From Cytophagales bacterium (GTDB lineage: Bacteria > Bacteroidota > Bacteroidia > Cytophagales > Spirosomataceae): a stretch of 64,000 nucleotides of DNA. The position numbers and the translations under genes are program-made. Numbering within the stretch: the stretch's first letter is position 1; every line of letters begins with the position of its first letter. Location of the stretch: the NCBI GenBank assembly GCA_038230755.1, contig JBBRMP010000002.1:4100-68099 (forward strand). Reading direction: 5' to 3'. A model generated the notes under the pieces. That model saw only the letters and a program-made list of their open reading frames with translations. It was not told where the DNA came from and did no database searches. Shown here one piece after another: positions 9,760 through 18,896 of the stretch.

Positions 9760-10125
9760 CTATTCGGCGGGCAGTCTGGTCAGCTCGGCGCGGATGGCTT
9801 TGGGTAGTCCGCTTACCACCAGTTCATACGAATGATCAACGAGTTCGCGGAGCATGGCATCGCGCAGTGACCTGTCGGAGGTGACGGTATTCCAGTGCCG
9901 TTTATTCATGTGAAAGGCCGCCTCGATAGCGTCGTATTCTTCGCGTAACTCGGCGGCTCGTTCGGGGTCACATTTTAGGCTAACCCGCACCGGTCTACTC
10001 TCTATGTCGCTGAGGGCGAACATTTTACCCGCCACTTTAAATACCAGCGTCGTCTCGTCGAACGGCGTCGATTCGGTGGTGGCGGGCTTGCTCAGGCAGT
10101 AGGTGCGCAGGTCGTCGAAGGTCAT
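9760..10125 (-). CDS. MmcQ/YjbR family DNA-binding protein
   Basis: FKVAGKMFAL, LKCDP, HMNKRHWN; ATGA overlap with the upstream gene. Confidence 0.9.
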   Translation of the reverse strand: MTFDDLRTYCLSKPATTESTPFDETTLVFKVAGKMFALSDIESRPVRVSLKCDPERAAELREEYDAIEAAFHMNKRHWNTVTSDRSLRDAMLRELVDHSYELVVSGLPKAIRAELTRLPAE

Positions 10126-10310
10126 CGAATGAAGGCTCGGTAGATCATAACCAGCAAACAAAAGAGGAACATAACGATGGATATCCGGTTGATACCGTGC
10201 ATCATCCGCAGGTTCACGTTGCTGGGTTTGTTGGGGTCTGGCCTGCGAAATACGTTCACGAAATAGCTGAACACAGGCCCAATTTTGAGGTAATCGGTGA
10301 AACGGCTCAC
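10122..10310 (-). CDS. Small membrane protein (DUF6728-like)
   Basis: NLRMMHGINRISIVMFL motif; downstream of ispG. Confidence 0.7.
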   Translation of the reverse strand: MSRFTDYLKIGPVFSYFVNVFRRPDPNKPSNVNLRMMHGINRISIVMFLFCLLVMIYRAFIR

Positions 10311-10451
10311 AAGAAAGTTGTTTTGACGTATGAAGGGAAGAGTAGTTCAGCGTTGAACCTTAGACATTGAACCTTGAACTACCCTTCCCTTGTATAGCCA
10401 TTTTTACCCCGAAAAGGTTTGCCAAATGGCCTGTTTTTGAGCGTATTTCCC

Positions 10452-12467
10452 CTATTCATCCACTTCGATTCCCGGCTCGATCCAGCGGTGATCTTCCCGG
10501 ATCAGCTCGATCAGTTCATCGACGGCGTTGGCGGCCAACACCGATTTTTTGATCACCTGCTGCCCCCGATACAGGGCAATTTTGTCGCGCCCGATGCCCA
10601 CGTAGCCGTAATCGGCGTCGGCCATCTCGCCGGGGCCGTTTACGATGCAGCCCATAATACCAATTTTCACGCCTTTCAAATGTTCGGTCCGTTGCCGAAT
10701 CTGGGCGGTAGTTTCCTGCAAATCGAAGAGCGTACGCCCACACGATGGGCACGAAATGTATTCGGTTTTGGTGATGCGCGTACGGGCGGCCTGCAAGATG
10801 CCAAACGCCAGCCCGTTCAGTTGTTTGTGTTCGTCGAGATCGGCGGGGCGGGTAGCTTCCAGAAAAATACCATCGCCAAACCCGTCGATCAGCAGTCCAC
10901 CCACGTCGGTGGCGGCGTAGAGGGGCAGATCAACGGTGGGCACGTCGGCAAAGCAGCGTTGGATGACCACCGGCAACGTCAAACCACGATTCACCAGTTC
11001 CACAAACAGCCGCCGCAGTTCGGGCATGGCGTGGCTATTTTCGGTATAAACCACGCCCACTATATTCCGGTCGTTTTTAAACGCGTCAGCCAGTTCGTCG
11101 GTCAGATCGGCCAGCGAGAACCGCACGAAATTGAGGCGGATGTGCAGACCCTGTTGCTGCTTACGAGCCACTACATACTGGTCGGCAGTAAGCATCGGCA
11201 GCACATTCAGCAGGTCGGGATGGCTGCGCCAAACGGTATAATCGACTACTTCTTTCAGACCATTGGGCAGCATGAAACCGGCGGTTTGTGTACCCGTGTA
11301 GAGGTAATCGGCCCCCAGATCGTTCATGCGCCATTTATCGGGCAGGGGTAGGTAGAAATGACCCACGGCCTTGAGTACGTCTACGTCCTGCACCGGCGTT
11401 TGGCAATAATCGGCCAGGACGCGGGGCACGTTGCTACCACCAAAATTGGCCACTTCGTGCGTTTGCCGACGGCTGTACTGAAACGGGTTGTAGGGCAGTT
11501 CGGTGAGGGCCGGGATGGGTTTGGCGGTCTCGGCGCGGTGCGTATAGCGGTCAATCAGGGCGCGGGCCACGGGGGCTTCAAACTCAGGATCTTCCGTCAG
11601 CGACACGCGCACGGTATCGCCAAGACCGTCTTCCAGCAAGGTGCCAATGCCCAGCGCCGATTTGATGCGGCCATCTTCGGCTTCGCCCGCTTCGGTTACG
11701 CCCAGGTGTAAAGGATACGGCTTAAGTCCCTCTTGATCAAGTCGTTGCACCAGTAGCCGGTACGCCTGCACCATCACCTGCGGGTTACTCGACTTCATTG
11801 AGAGCACGATATTGTAGTAGTTCTCGTCCTCGCAAATCCGCAAAAATTCTAATGCCGACTCCACCATGCCCACGGGTGTGTCGCCGTAGCGGCTCAGAAT
11901 CCGGTCGGAGAGCGAGCCGTGATTGGTGCCAATGCGCATGGCAGTGCCGTACTCTTTGCAGATACCAATCAAGGGCAAAAATTTATCCCGAATCCGTTCC
12001 AGTTCCGACGCATACCCGGCATCGGTATAGTCGATGTGCTCGAAGCGTTTACGGTCGGCGTAGTTGCCGGGGTTGATGCGCACTTTCTCTACCACGCGGG
12101 CGGCAAGTTCGGCGGCATTGGGCGTAAAATGGATGTCGGCAATGAGCGGGGTGGTGTAGCCCCGCGCCCGGAGTTCCTTGCGGATGGTTGAGAGGTTCTG
12201 CGCCTCTTTCACGCTCGGTGCCGTAATGCGTACGTACTCGCAACCGGCCTCGATCATGCGGATGCTTTGCTCCACCGATCCCTTCGTGTCCATCGTGTCG
12301 ATGGTGGTCATGGACTGCACCCGGATCGGGTAGTCGGACCCCATCGGCACGTCACCAATGTTGACCGTAATGGTCTTGCGGCGGCGGTATTCGGTCAGCG
12401 AAGGCGCGTAGAGGGCGGGCGTTTTGGCGTCTTCGTCGGTGAAGGTATTGGTCAGAAAATTGAGCAT
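10452..12467 (-). CDS. ispG: (E)-4-hydroxy-3-methylbut-2-enyl-diphosphate synthase, long three-domain form
   Basis: VQSMTT, ADIHF, RINPGN, HLGVTEAG, SCPSCGR, MGCIVNGPGE; start at MLNFL. Confidence 0.97.
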   Translation of the reverse strand: MLNFLTNTFTDEDAKTPALYAPSLTEYRRRKTITVNIGDVPMGSDYPIRVQSMTTIDTMDTKGSVEQSIRMIEAGCEYVRITAPSVKEAQNLSTIRKELRARGYTTPLIADIHFTPNAAELAARVVEKVRINPGNYADRKRFEHIDYTDAGYASELERIRDKFLPLIGICKEYGTAMRIGTNHGSLSDRILSRYGDTPVGMVESALEFLRICEDENYYNIVLSMKSSNPQVMVQAYRLLVQRLDQEGLKPYPLHLGVTEAGEAEDGRIKSALGIGTLLEDGLGDTVRVSLTEDPEFEAPVARALIDRYTHRAETAKPIPALTELPYNPFQYSRRQTHEVANFGGSNVPRVLADYCQTPVQDVDVLKAVGHFYLPLPDKWRMNDLGADYLYTGTQTAGFMLPNGLKEVVDYTVWRSHPDLLNVLPMLTADQYVVARKQQQGLHIRLNFVRFSLADLTDELADAFKNDRNIVGVVYTENSHAMPELRRLFVELVNRGLTLPVVIQRCFADVPTVDLPLYAATDVGGLLIDGFGDGIFLEATRPADLDEHKQLNGLAFGILQAARTRITKTEYISCPSCGRTLFDLQETTAQIRQRTEHLKGVKIGIMGCIVNGPGEMADADYGYVGIGRDKIALYRGQQVIKKSVLAANAVDELIELIREDHRWIEPGIEVDE

Positions 12468-12490
12468 GTGCGTGGCATTGTCTAGCGCCA

Positions 12491-12498
12491 CAAAGGTA
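12491..12498 (-). promoter_or_regulatory. -7 promoter element of ispG
   Basis: TACCTTTG matches TAnnTTTG. Confidence 0.5.
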
Positions 12499-12516
12499 AC
12501 AATTTCGGAAGGAAGG

Positions 12517-13581
12517 CTACCCCACCTGCACGACCGTCGCTTTTGCACCAACGCGTTCGAGGGCTTCGGCTACGAACCGGGCATTGTCGGGGGCATAAAC
12601 GAACAGTGACCCTCCCCCACCCGACGTATTGATTTTGCCACCCAATGCCCCGGCCCGCAACGCTGTGTCGAGCAGACGGTCTACGTGGGCTGTGGAAAAA
12701 CGATAGGCATCGCGCAGGTACGTATGATATTGGGTGAGCAATTGCCCCAGCCGGGCATGGTTGATTTGGGGCAACTGCAACAGCGACAGGGCATTGGCGG
12801 TGAGGTCGCGGCAGGCAAGCGTAGCCTTCAACAACACATAGTCGTCCTTGCCCAGTTGGTCTTTATATTCGGCGACTTCTGTTACCGTGGCCGTGTGTAG
12901 CGAAAACGCGGGGTTGGCCCGACCGATTCGATCCAGTACATCGCTCAGTAGCAGGCGGTTTCGGGTTACCGGATTAGCCAGTGAGTTAGTCTCAGGCACA
13001 GATTCTGGCACTTCAGCCACCACAAAACTGCCCAATGCTGGCGTAAGTGGTTGTACGGAAGCGGCTGACCCATCCTTGAAGCATAACACGCCACCCAGGG
13101 CTACGGTATATTGATCTACGCTACTGGTGGGATTACCGAACTCAAGTACCTCAGCCGCATGGGCCAAATACGCTAACTCACGGCTGTCTAACTGCCTAGG
13201 CTGATCAGCGAGCTGACCAAGCACGTTGAGCCAGTTTATAATCATTGCTGTCGATACGCCCAAACCAGCCGACAGTTTGCCCTGAAAGCTACCTTCGATC
13301 CCCTGACCGAAGGTGAATCCTTCGTGCAAAAGCACGTTGACGCAGGCACGGAGATAATCCCGACCATGCTCATACGCCAACGGAATACCATCGAAGGCAA
13401 CGCTCAGGCGTTGTTCGGGGTTGGCTAAACGAAACCGAAAGCCGGGGAGGCCATGATGCCAGGCGGTCAGCGTCAACCGTACGGATAGCGCAGCCGTGAT
13501 AATGGGCAGGCCCAGATGGTCCTGATGGTCGCCGAATAAGCAAATCCGGCCAGGAGCAGAGACAATAACAGGAGCAGTCAA
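12517..13581 (-). CDS. GHMP-family kinase (galactokinase-like)
   Basis: SAPGRICLFGDHQD, SAGLGVS, GALGGKINTSGGGG; start probably TTG 13581. Confidence 0.8.
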   Translation of the reverse strand: MTAPVIVSAPGRICLFGDHQDHLGLPIITAALSVRLTLTAWHHGLPGFRFRLANPEQRLSVAFDGIPLAYEHGRDYLRACVNVLLHEGFTFGQGIEGSFQGKLSAGLGVSTAMIINWLNVLGQLADQPRQLDSRELAYLAHAAEVLEFGNPTSSVDQYTVALGGVLCFKDGSAASVQPLTPALGSFVVAEVPESVPETNSLANPVTRNRLLLSDVLDRIGRANPAFSLHTATVTEVAEYKDQLGKDDYVLLKATLACRDLTANALSLLQLPQINHARLGQLLTQYHTYLRDAYRFSTAHVDRLLDTALRAGALGGKINTSGGGGSLFVYAPDNARFVAEALERVGAKATVVQVG

Positions 13582-13767
13582 GATAAAAAGAGGTTTCAGC
13601 GTACAAAGGTGCTGTTGTGAGCAGGATGCCCGATGGCTGAAACGTAGTTTTTTCATCCATCTACTCCCATGCACACTGGGCTAGTTCTACAACCGTTTGT
13701 CCCCGTGTGCTGTTGTAGATTACGGGTAAGATTGTAGTATTGTCCCGTCAATCACCCACAAATTGGT

Positions 13768-14487
13768 ATGGCAGACATAGACAAAAGTCTTGGTGAAAAA
13801 TTAATGGGGTTCTTCATCAAAGAAGACCCCAACGCGCCGCAGGGCAATCTGGGCGGGGCCACGCCCCGGTCAGGGCAGGCACCTACAGCCCCCGCTGGGC
13901 AACCCGTTTCGTCCTACTCGCCACCGGCATCAGGCGGCGCAATCGGTACATCGGTGGGGCCGGGCAGCATCGACACGAAGTTTGTAGACCACTTTGCGGC
14001 GGTGCTGGGCAAGGCCAATTTGCAGGGTCCGGACTACTTCGAGTTCCGCGAAATACTACGTAACCTCAGCACCCTGGGTCTACCCGAAGATAAGCAGTTT
14101 CAGGCCGCATGGGCTAGTTTTAAGGCCATGGCTGGCACGGCAGATCCGCAAACCCTCACGGTGGCCGCCAACCAGTACCTAGCCGCCCTGAACACCGACC
14201 GCGACTCGTTTCTGAAAAGCGTAGAATCGGCCATTCGGGATCGTGTGGGTGGTTTGCAGGCAGAACAAAAAAAACTACAGGCCGACAATGAGGCCATTGG
14301 CAAACAGATTGCCGAACTGCAACAACGGCTGGGCAAAAACAACGACCGGCTGGCCCAAATTGGCGGTGAAGTGGTGGAACAAAGCACCAAAATCAACCAG
14401 AATAAAGCCAATTTCGAGGCCACCTACACCAACTTCACCGAGCAGATCAAAGCCGACGTGGCCAAGATTGGCTCGTATTTAAAATGA
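13768..14487 (+). CDS. Uncharacterised protein: amphipathic N-terminus, P/G/S linker, helical domain, C-terminal coiled coil
   Basis: 239 aa; first gene of a co-directional four-gene cluster. Confidence 0.85.
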   Translation: MADIDKSLGEKLMGFFIKEDPNAPQGNLGGATPRSGQAPTAPAGQPVSSYSPPASGGAIGTSVGPGSIDTKFVDHFAAVLGKANLQGPDYFEFREILRNLSTLGLPEDKQFQAAWASFKAMAGTADPQTLTVAANQYLAALNTDRDSFLKSVESAIRDRVGGLQAEQKKLQADNEAIGKQIAELQQRLGKNNDRLAQIGGEVVEQSTKINQNKANFEATYTNFTEQIKADVAKIGSYLK

Positions 14488-14609
14488 GTTTACAGTTTTA
14501 GAGTTTACAGTTTTCAGTTGCTTCGCTAGTCGGCGTAGCTCATACGTGAAACCGCTGATCAGCGAAGCAACTGACAATCGTAAACTAAAAAACTCCAAAC
14601 TAAAAACTC
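14486..14609. repeat. 7-mer-period palindromic intergenic element
   Basis: (gagttta/cagtttt)n ... (aaaaact/taaact)n with perfect 14-bp inner stem tcagttgcttcgct/agcgaagcaactga. Confidence 0.85.
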
Positions 14610-14624
14610 CTTAAACTGAACAAA

Positions 14625-15668
14625 ATGGCTTCTCCTGATTTTTCACAACTCGCTGGCGGTACCTCTTCGGAGGGAGGCAGCAAAGGCTCGTTCTGGAGCC
14701 GTCCCGAAGGTATTGCGGGCATGTTGGCCCTGGCTGGCATTGGCGCACTCGGCCTCGTTTATTTCAACCGGATTCTGGAATTCCTGATCCGCGCCACCGA
14801 AAACACGCTCTATCTAGCGGGCCTGTTGGGTGTGCTGGCCCTGCTTGTGTTCCTGTTCACCAGCCGCGACGTGCGCACGGCGGTGTTCTTTTTGTTCAAA
14901 ACGTTCATGCGCAAGCTCACCGGCGTGGTGGTGCAGCTCGACCCTATTGCCATCATGAAAATCTACGTGCAGGACCTCCGCGAAAAGCGCGAGAAAATGC
15001 AGGGACAGATCGACACGCTGGCCGGGCAGTTGGTGAAGTTGAACAAGAAGATCAACGAGAACAACGACAACATCAAAGCCAAATTCAACGAGGCCAACAA
15101 AGCCAACGAACTGGCCGCCACCCGCCCCGGCATGAAAGAAGCCGCCACCCTGGCCACCATGGAAGGCGCGGGCTTGCAGGAAATGAACGAGAAACTGTTT
15201 CCGCTGCAACGCAACATGAAACTTGTGCTCGACTTCATGGAGAAAGTCAACAAATCAGCCGACTACCTGATCAAGGAGACCGCCATCAAGGTAAAGCTGA
15301 AAGAGACTGAATACCAGATCGTTAAAGAAAGCTCAAACGCCCTGAAAACCGCCGTCAGTATCTTCAAGGGTAACCCCGATAAGAAGTTTTATTTCGACGA
15401 GTCGATGGAGTATATCCAGGACGACATGAGCAAAAAGCTGGGCGAAATGAAGCGGGCTATGGACCTGTCGATGGACTTTATTAACGGTGTTGACATCCAG
15501 AACGGGATGCTCTCGGACAAAGGCGAGCAGTTGCTGGAGGCCTATAATAAAGGTGAGTTTTCGATGGTGCAGCTCAACCCCGCCTCGGCTAATCAACTTG
15601 ATGCCCCCGTTCAGGCCCGCGTGATCAATCCTCCCAAAGACGAAAACTACCGGAGCCTGCTGGACTAA
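14625..15668 (+). CDS. Two-TM long coiled-coil protein, putative PspA/IM30 (ESCRT-III)-like
   Basis: Two N-terminal TM helices, then DPIAIMKIYVQDLREKREKM...LNKKI...ANKA, which resembles PspA helix 1. CDS is clear; family call is inferred. Confidence 0.6.
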   Translation: MASPDFSQLAGGTSSEGGSKGSFWSRPEGIAGMLALAGIGALGLVYFNRILEFLIRATENTLYLAGLLGVLALLVFLFTSRDVRTAVFFLFKTFMRKLTGVVVQLDPIAIMKIYVQDLREKREKMQGQIDTLAGQLVKLNKKINENNDNIKAKFNEANKANELAATRPGMKEAATLATMEGAGLQEMNEKLFPLQRNMKLVLDFMEKVNKSADYLIKETAIKVKLKETEYQIVKESSNALKTAVSIFKGNPDKKFYFDESMEYIQDDMSKKLGEMKRAMDLSMDFINGVDIQNGMLSDKGEQLLEAYNKGEFSMVQLNPASANQLDAPVQARVINPPKDENYRSLLD

Positions 15669-15771
15669 TGAGTGAAAGAGCGATAGAGTGTACAGGTTTC
15701 GCTCTATCGCTCTTTCACCATTCGCTCTTTCGCCGTTCGCTCTTTCGCTTTTTATCTCTTTCACTCTTTCG
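15669..15771. repeat. 8-mer-period (ttcgctct) asymmetric palindrome
   Basis: gtgaaagagcgatagag ... ctctatcgctctttcac followed by further ttcgctct-like copies. Confidence 0.85.
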
Positions 15772-15774
15772 TTT

Positions 15775-16863
15775 ATGCAACGTTTAACCACCGCAGGTCG
15801 CCTGCTGATCACGGTCCTTGTTATTGGACTCATTTATTTAGGATTGAAATACGTGGCGGGCATTGACCTGATCCAGAAATTTCGGGGTAGTAAAACCGAG
15901 CAGACCACCTCGTCTACGCTGCCTTCCAATGAAGACCACACCGCGCCTGATGCCAGTGGGTCGGCCACAGACAATGTGGCTTCCAGCGAGGGTTCGACGG
16001 CATCATCTGACGGAAAATCGTCGGCATCGCCAAGCGAAGCCAGCAGTGGTGGCGCTCGTCCGGCGTTTAATTATCAGGCAGCAGAACCCGTGGGTGGTAA
16101 GCTCAAGGGTGTAGTGGAACTGGGCGCCACCGGCTTTAACTCGTTCATTGTCAGGATAGATGACCAGAAACGCTGGAAGCTGGAGAAAGCCGAGTTTGGT
16201 AACAGCCTCGTGCTGGAAAATATGGCTTCAGACCTCGATATCCGCGACGGGCTAAAACGGTACATCGGCAAGATGCTCGACAATGGCGTGGGTGGGCGCG
16301 ACATTCAGTTTGTGGTCAGCTCAGGGGCGATGAAGGCCGAAACGACGCAGAAAATTATCAAAAACCTGAAAGCGCTCAACTACGTGGTCAACACCGTGAC
16401 GCCCCAACAGGAAGGTCGCCTCGGCTACCGCGCCGCCATGCCGCCGGAGTTTACCGACAGTGGTTTTGTGCTCGATATGGGGTCGGGTAACACTAAGATT
16501 GCCTGGAAAAACGGCGGCGACGTGTCGGCCCTAGAAACCTACGGAGCCAAGTATTTCGAGGCCAGCACCGACGATACGAAGGTGTATGACGAGGTAAAAA
16601 GCAAAGCCAGTCAGGTGCCGTCGGGCTTGCGCAAAACGTGCTTCATCATCGGCGGGGTCCCGTCTGATCTGGCCAAGCAGGTGCGCAACGGCAAGGAACG
16701 TTACACCGTGCTGAAAATGCCCGCCGACTACACAGCCGCCAATGCCAAACAAAAGGCGGGCCTGAACATCTACAAAGCCGCCGCCGACGCCACCGGTTGC
16801 CAGCAGTTCGTCTTCGACTGGGATGCCAATTTCACGATTGGTTATTTGTTGACACTGAAATGA
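15775..16863 (+). CDS. Membrane-anchored protein with Ser-rich linker and Ppx/GppA-like (ASKHA) domain
   Basis: Signal anchor; GVVELGATG, VVSSGA, TPQQEGRLGY and VLDMGSGNTKI parallel the Ppx motifs DxGSNS, ATSA, EEARL and DIGGGSTE. Confidence 0.6.
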   Translation: MQRLTTAGRLLITVLVIGLIYLGLKYVAGIDLIQKFRGSKTEQTTSSTLPSNEDHTAPDASGSATDNVASSEGSTASSDGKSSASPSEASSGGARPAFNYQAAEPVGGKLKGVVELGATGFNSFIVRIDDQKRWKLEKAEFGNSLVLENMASDLDIRDGLKRYIGKMLDNGVGGRDIQFVVSSGAMKAETTQKIIKNLKALNYVVNTVTPQQEGRLGYRAAMPPEFTDSGFVLDMGSGNTKIAWKNGGDVSALETYGAKYFEASTDDTKVYDEVKSKASQVPSGLRKTCFIIGGVPSDLAKQVRNGKERYTVLKMPADYTAANAKQKAGLNIYKAAADATGCQQFVFDWDANFTIGYLLTLK

Positions 16864-16949
16864 AAAATGTAAAGTGAACAGTGAAAAATGGCTCCGTTCA
16901 GTATCTGCCTGCGGAGCCATTTTACATTATTCACTTTACATTTTTCATT
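16859..16949. repeat. 7-mer-period palindromic intergenic element
   Basis: aatgaaaaatgtaaagtgaa...aaaatggctccg / cggagccatttt...ttcactttacatttttcatt. Confidence 0.85.
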
Positions 16950-16962
16950 AATCCCTCCCGCC

Positions 16963-17466
16963 ATGACCTTCCGCGACCTCTTCGATTATGCCGCCGCTCA
17001 ACCGGGTATGGTGGCGCTATTTTTATTGGCCGTGCCCGCGCTGGCCCTTTTGGTAAACCTCTGGGCGGGCACCACCGACGTGGAAATCTGGCGGTGGCGC
17101 TATGCGTACGCCACCCTGATCTACGCCGCCTGCATTCCCGGCATTTTCGCGCTGACGCTGAACATCTACCTGTTCCTGTTTGAACGCCAAAGTCTCTGGA
17201 CCATGAACCTGGTGTTGCAAGTGCTGCCCATCCTGACAATGGTGGGTACGTTGATGCTCATCAAGCGCAAAATGCCGTTCAAGTTCATACCCGGTTTCGG
17301 GCGGTTATCGGGCTTTTTGACCCTTATCGCCGCGCTCATCGGCATTCTCTGGTTCTTCGACCGGCTGCACCTGGTGGCCTTCACCTACGTACCCTTCACC
17401 TACATCGTGGTCGGGTTTGTGGCGCTGCTCGTCATCATCCGTTTCGCCTGGAGCCGGGTGTTTTAA
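16963..17466 (+). CDS. Integral membrane protein (about 5 TM), unknown function
   Basis: Hydrophobic throughout; start MTFRDLF; stop overlaps the convergent TolC stop. Confidence 0.8.
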   Translation: MTFRDLFDYAAAQPGMVALFLLAVPALALLVNLWAGTTDVEIWRWRYAYATLIYAACIPGIFALTLNIYLFLFERQSLWTMNLVLQVLPILTMVGTLMLIKRKMPFKFIPGFGRLSGFLTLIAALIGILWFFDRLHLVAFTYVPFTYIVVGFVALLVIIRFAWSRVF

Positions 17467-18896
17467 TTCCAGCCGCCACCAAGGGCGCGGTAGGTATTCA
17501 CCACCGCGTTCAGTTGCTGCAATTTGGTGTCGATCAGATCAAACCGCGACTCCAGGGCGTCGCGTTGTGTTAGCAACACCTCCATATAATCGGCTCTGGC
17601 GGCCTTGAAGAGGGTGTTCGAGATTGAGGTCGACTGGATGAGGGCCTGCACCTGCCGGGCCTTCAAATCATAACTCTTTTGCAGGTTGTCAATACTCGAC
17701 AACTGATTCGCCACTTCGACGTAGGCATTCAGCACGGTACGTTCATAGCTGTAGATCGCCTGAATCTGCTTAGCATTCGAGCTGTAATACATGGCCGTGA
17801 TCGAATTCCGATTGATCAGGGGCCGGGTCAGGCCACCCACCAGCGAATACAGAAACGACTGCGGCGATAGCAACAAGGCCGGGTTGAAGGCATTGAACCC
17901 CACGGCGGCGTCGAGCGTCAGCGAAGGCAAAAAGTTAGCCCTGGCCACCTGAATATCCAGTTTAGCGGCTTCCAGCTCCCGCTCAGCCTGCCGAATGTCG
18001 GGGCGATTTTGCAGCAGTTGCGCCGGAACGCCAGCATGCAGCATTTGCGGTGTCAGGGTGTTGAAGTCGACCGTGCTGCGCTGAACGGGCTGTGGATACC
18101 GGCCCAGGAGGAAGTTGATTCGGTTTTCGGTTTCAACAATGCGCTGCTGAACATCAAACTGAAGGCTTTGGGTACGTAACACCTGGGCCTCGAACCGACG
18201 CACGGCCAACTCTGTCACCTTCGCGGCTTCCTTCTCGGTCCTTACAATGGACAGCGCATTGTTCTGGATGTCGATGTTCTTTTTCAGGATATCCAACTGA
18301 CTATCGAGTGACAGCAGTTCGTAATACGACCGGGCAATTTCGGCCACCAGATTCGTGATGGTAAAATTTCGCCCTTCCACTGTGGCCAGATAACGGATGG
18401 CGGCAGATTTTTTCGCGTTGTGCAGCTTATTCCAGATGTCTATTTGCCACGAGGCGTGAGCCGACACGATCAAATCCGGCAGGGGGCTAGGGAAAGGTTG
18501 CCCCGGCCTGATTTCGGTACTTTCTTCCAGTGCCCCCAGGCGGGTGTAACGACCTACTTTGTCGAGGCCTGCCCCGGCTTGCAACCCCACAAACGGCATA
18601 TATTCGCCGGTGCGGGCGCGTATTTCGTTTTGGGCGATCTGAAGTTCCTGCCGCGAGATGTTCAGTTCCTGGTTGTTGCCCAGGGCCGTGTCGATGAGGG
18701 CTGTCAGGTGAGGATCGGTGAAAAATTCGCGCCAGCGCAGCCCACCCGAATTGACAGAATCCTGAACGGCACCGTAGCTACCCGGCACCGACCTGTTTTC
18801 GGTCCGGCTCGTTATGGGCGGTATTGTACACGCCGAAACGACGGATAGAAAACAGATGGTAGTCAGGCACTTATATATGATTTGCTTCTTCAACAT
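17463..18896 (-). CDS. Outer-membrane efflux lipoprotein (TolC/OEP family)
   Basis: Lipobox VSAC, RPDIRQAE, YRALGGGW. Confidence 0.93.
   Translation of the reverse strand: MLKKQIIYKCLTTICFLSVVSACTIPPITSRTENRSVPGSYGAVQDSVNSGGLRWREFFTDPHLTALIDTALGNNQELNISRQELQIAQNEIRARTGEYMPFVGLQAGAGLDKVGRYTRLGALEESTEIRPGQPFPSPLPDLIVSAHASWQIDIWNKLHNAKKSAAIRYLATVEGRNFTITNLVAEIARSYYELLSLDSQLDILKKNIDIQNNALSIVRTEKEAAKVTELAVRRFEAQVLRTQSLQFDVQQRIVETENRINFLLGRYPQPVQRSTVDFNTLTPQMLHAGVPAQLLQNRPDIRQAERELEAAKLDIQVARANFLPSLTLDAAVGFNAFNPALLLSPQSFLYSLVGGLTRPLINRNSITAMYYSSNAKQIQAIYSYERTVLNAYVEVANQLSSIDNLQKSYDLKARQVQALIQSTSISNTLFKAARADYMEVLLTQRDALESRFDLIDTKLQQLNAVVNTYRALGGGWN

Noticed and set aside
10452-12467. Unusually long IspG with a central insertion
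   Set aside because: The three-domain IspG is a known form in Bacteroidota, Chlamydiae and plants.
15688-15774. N-terminal extensions of ORFs 15688 and 16888 (SPFALSPFALS, HFTLFTLHFS)
   Set aside because: These are translations of the repeat hairpins; the likely starts are ATG 15775 and 16963.
14486-16949. CRISPR array interpretation of the intergenic repeats
   Set aside because: Units are 7-8 bp tandem or inverted with no unique spacers, and no cas genes are present.
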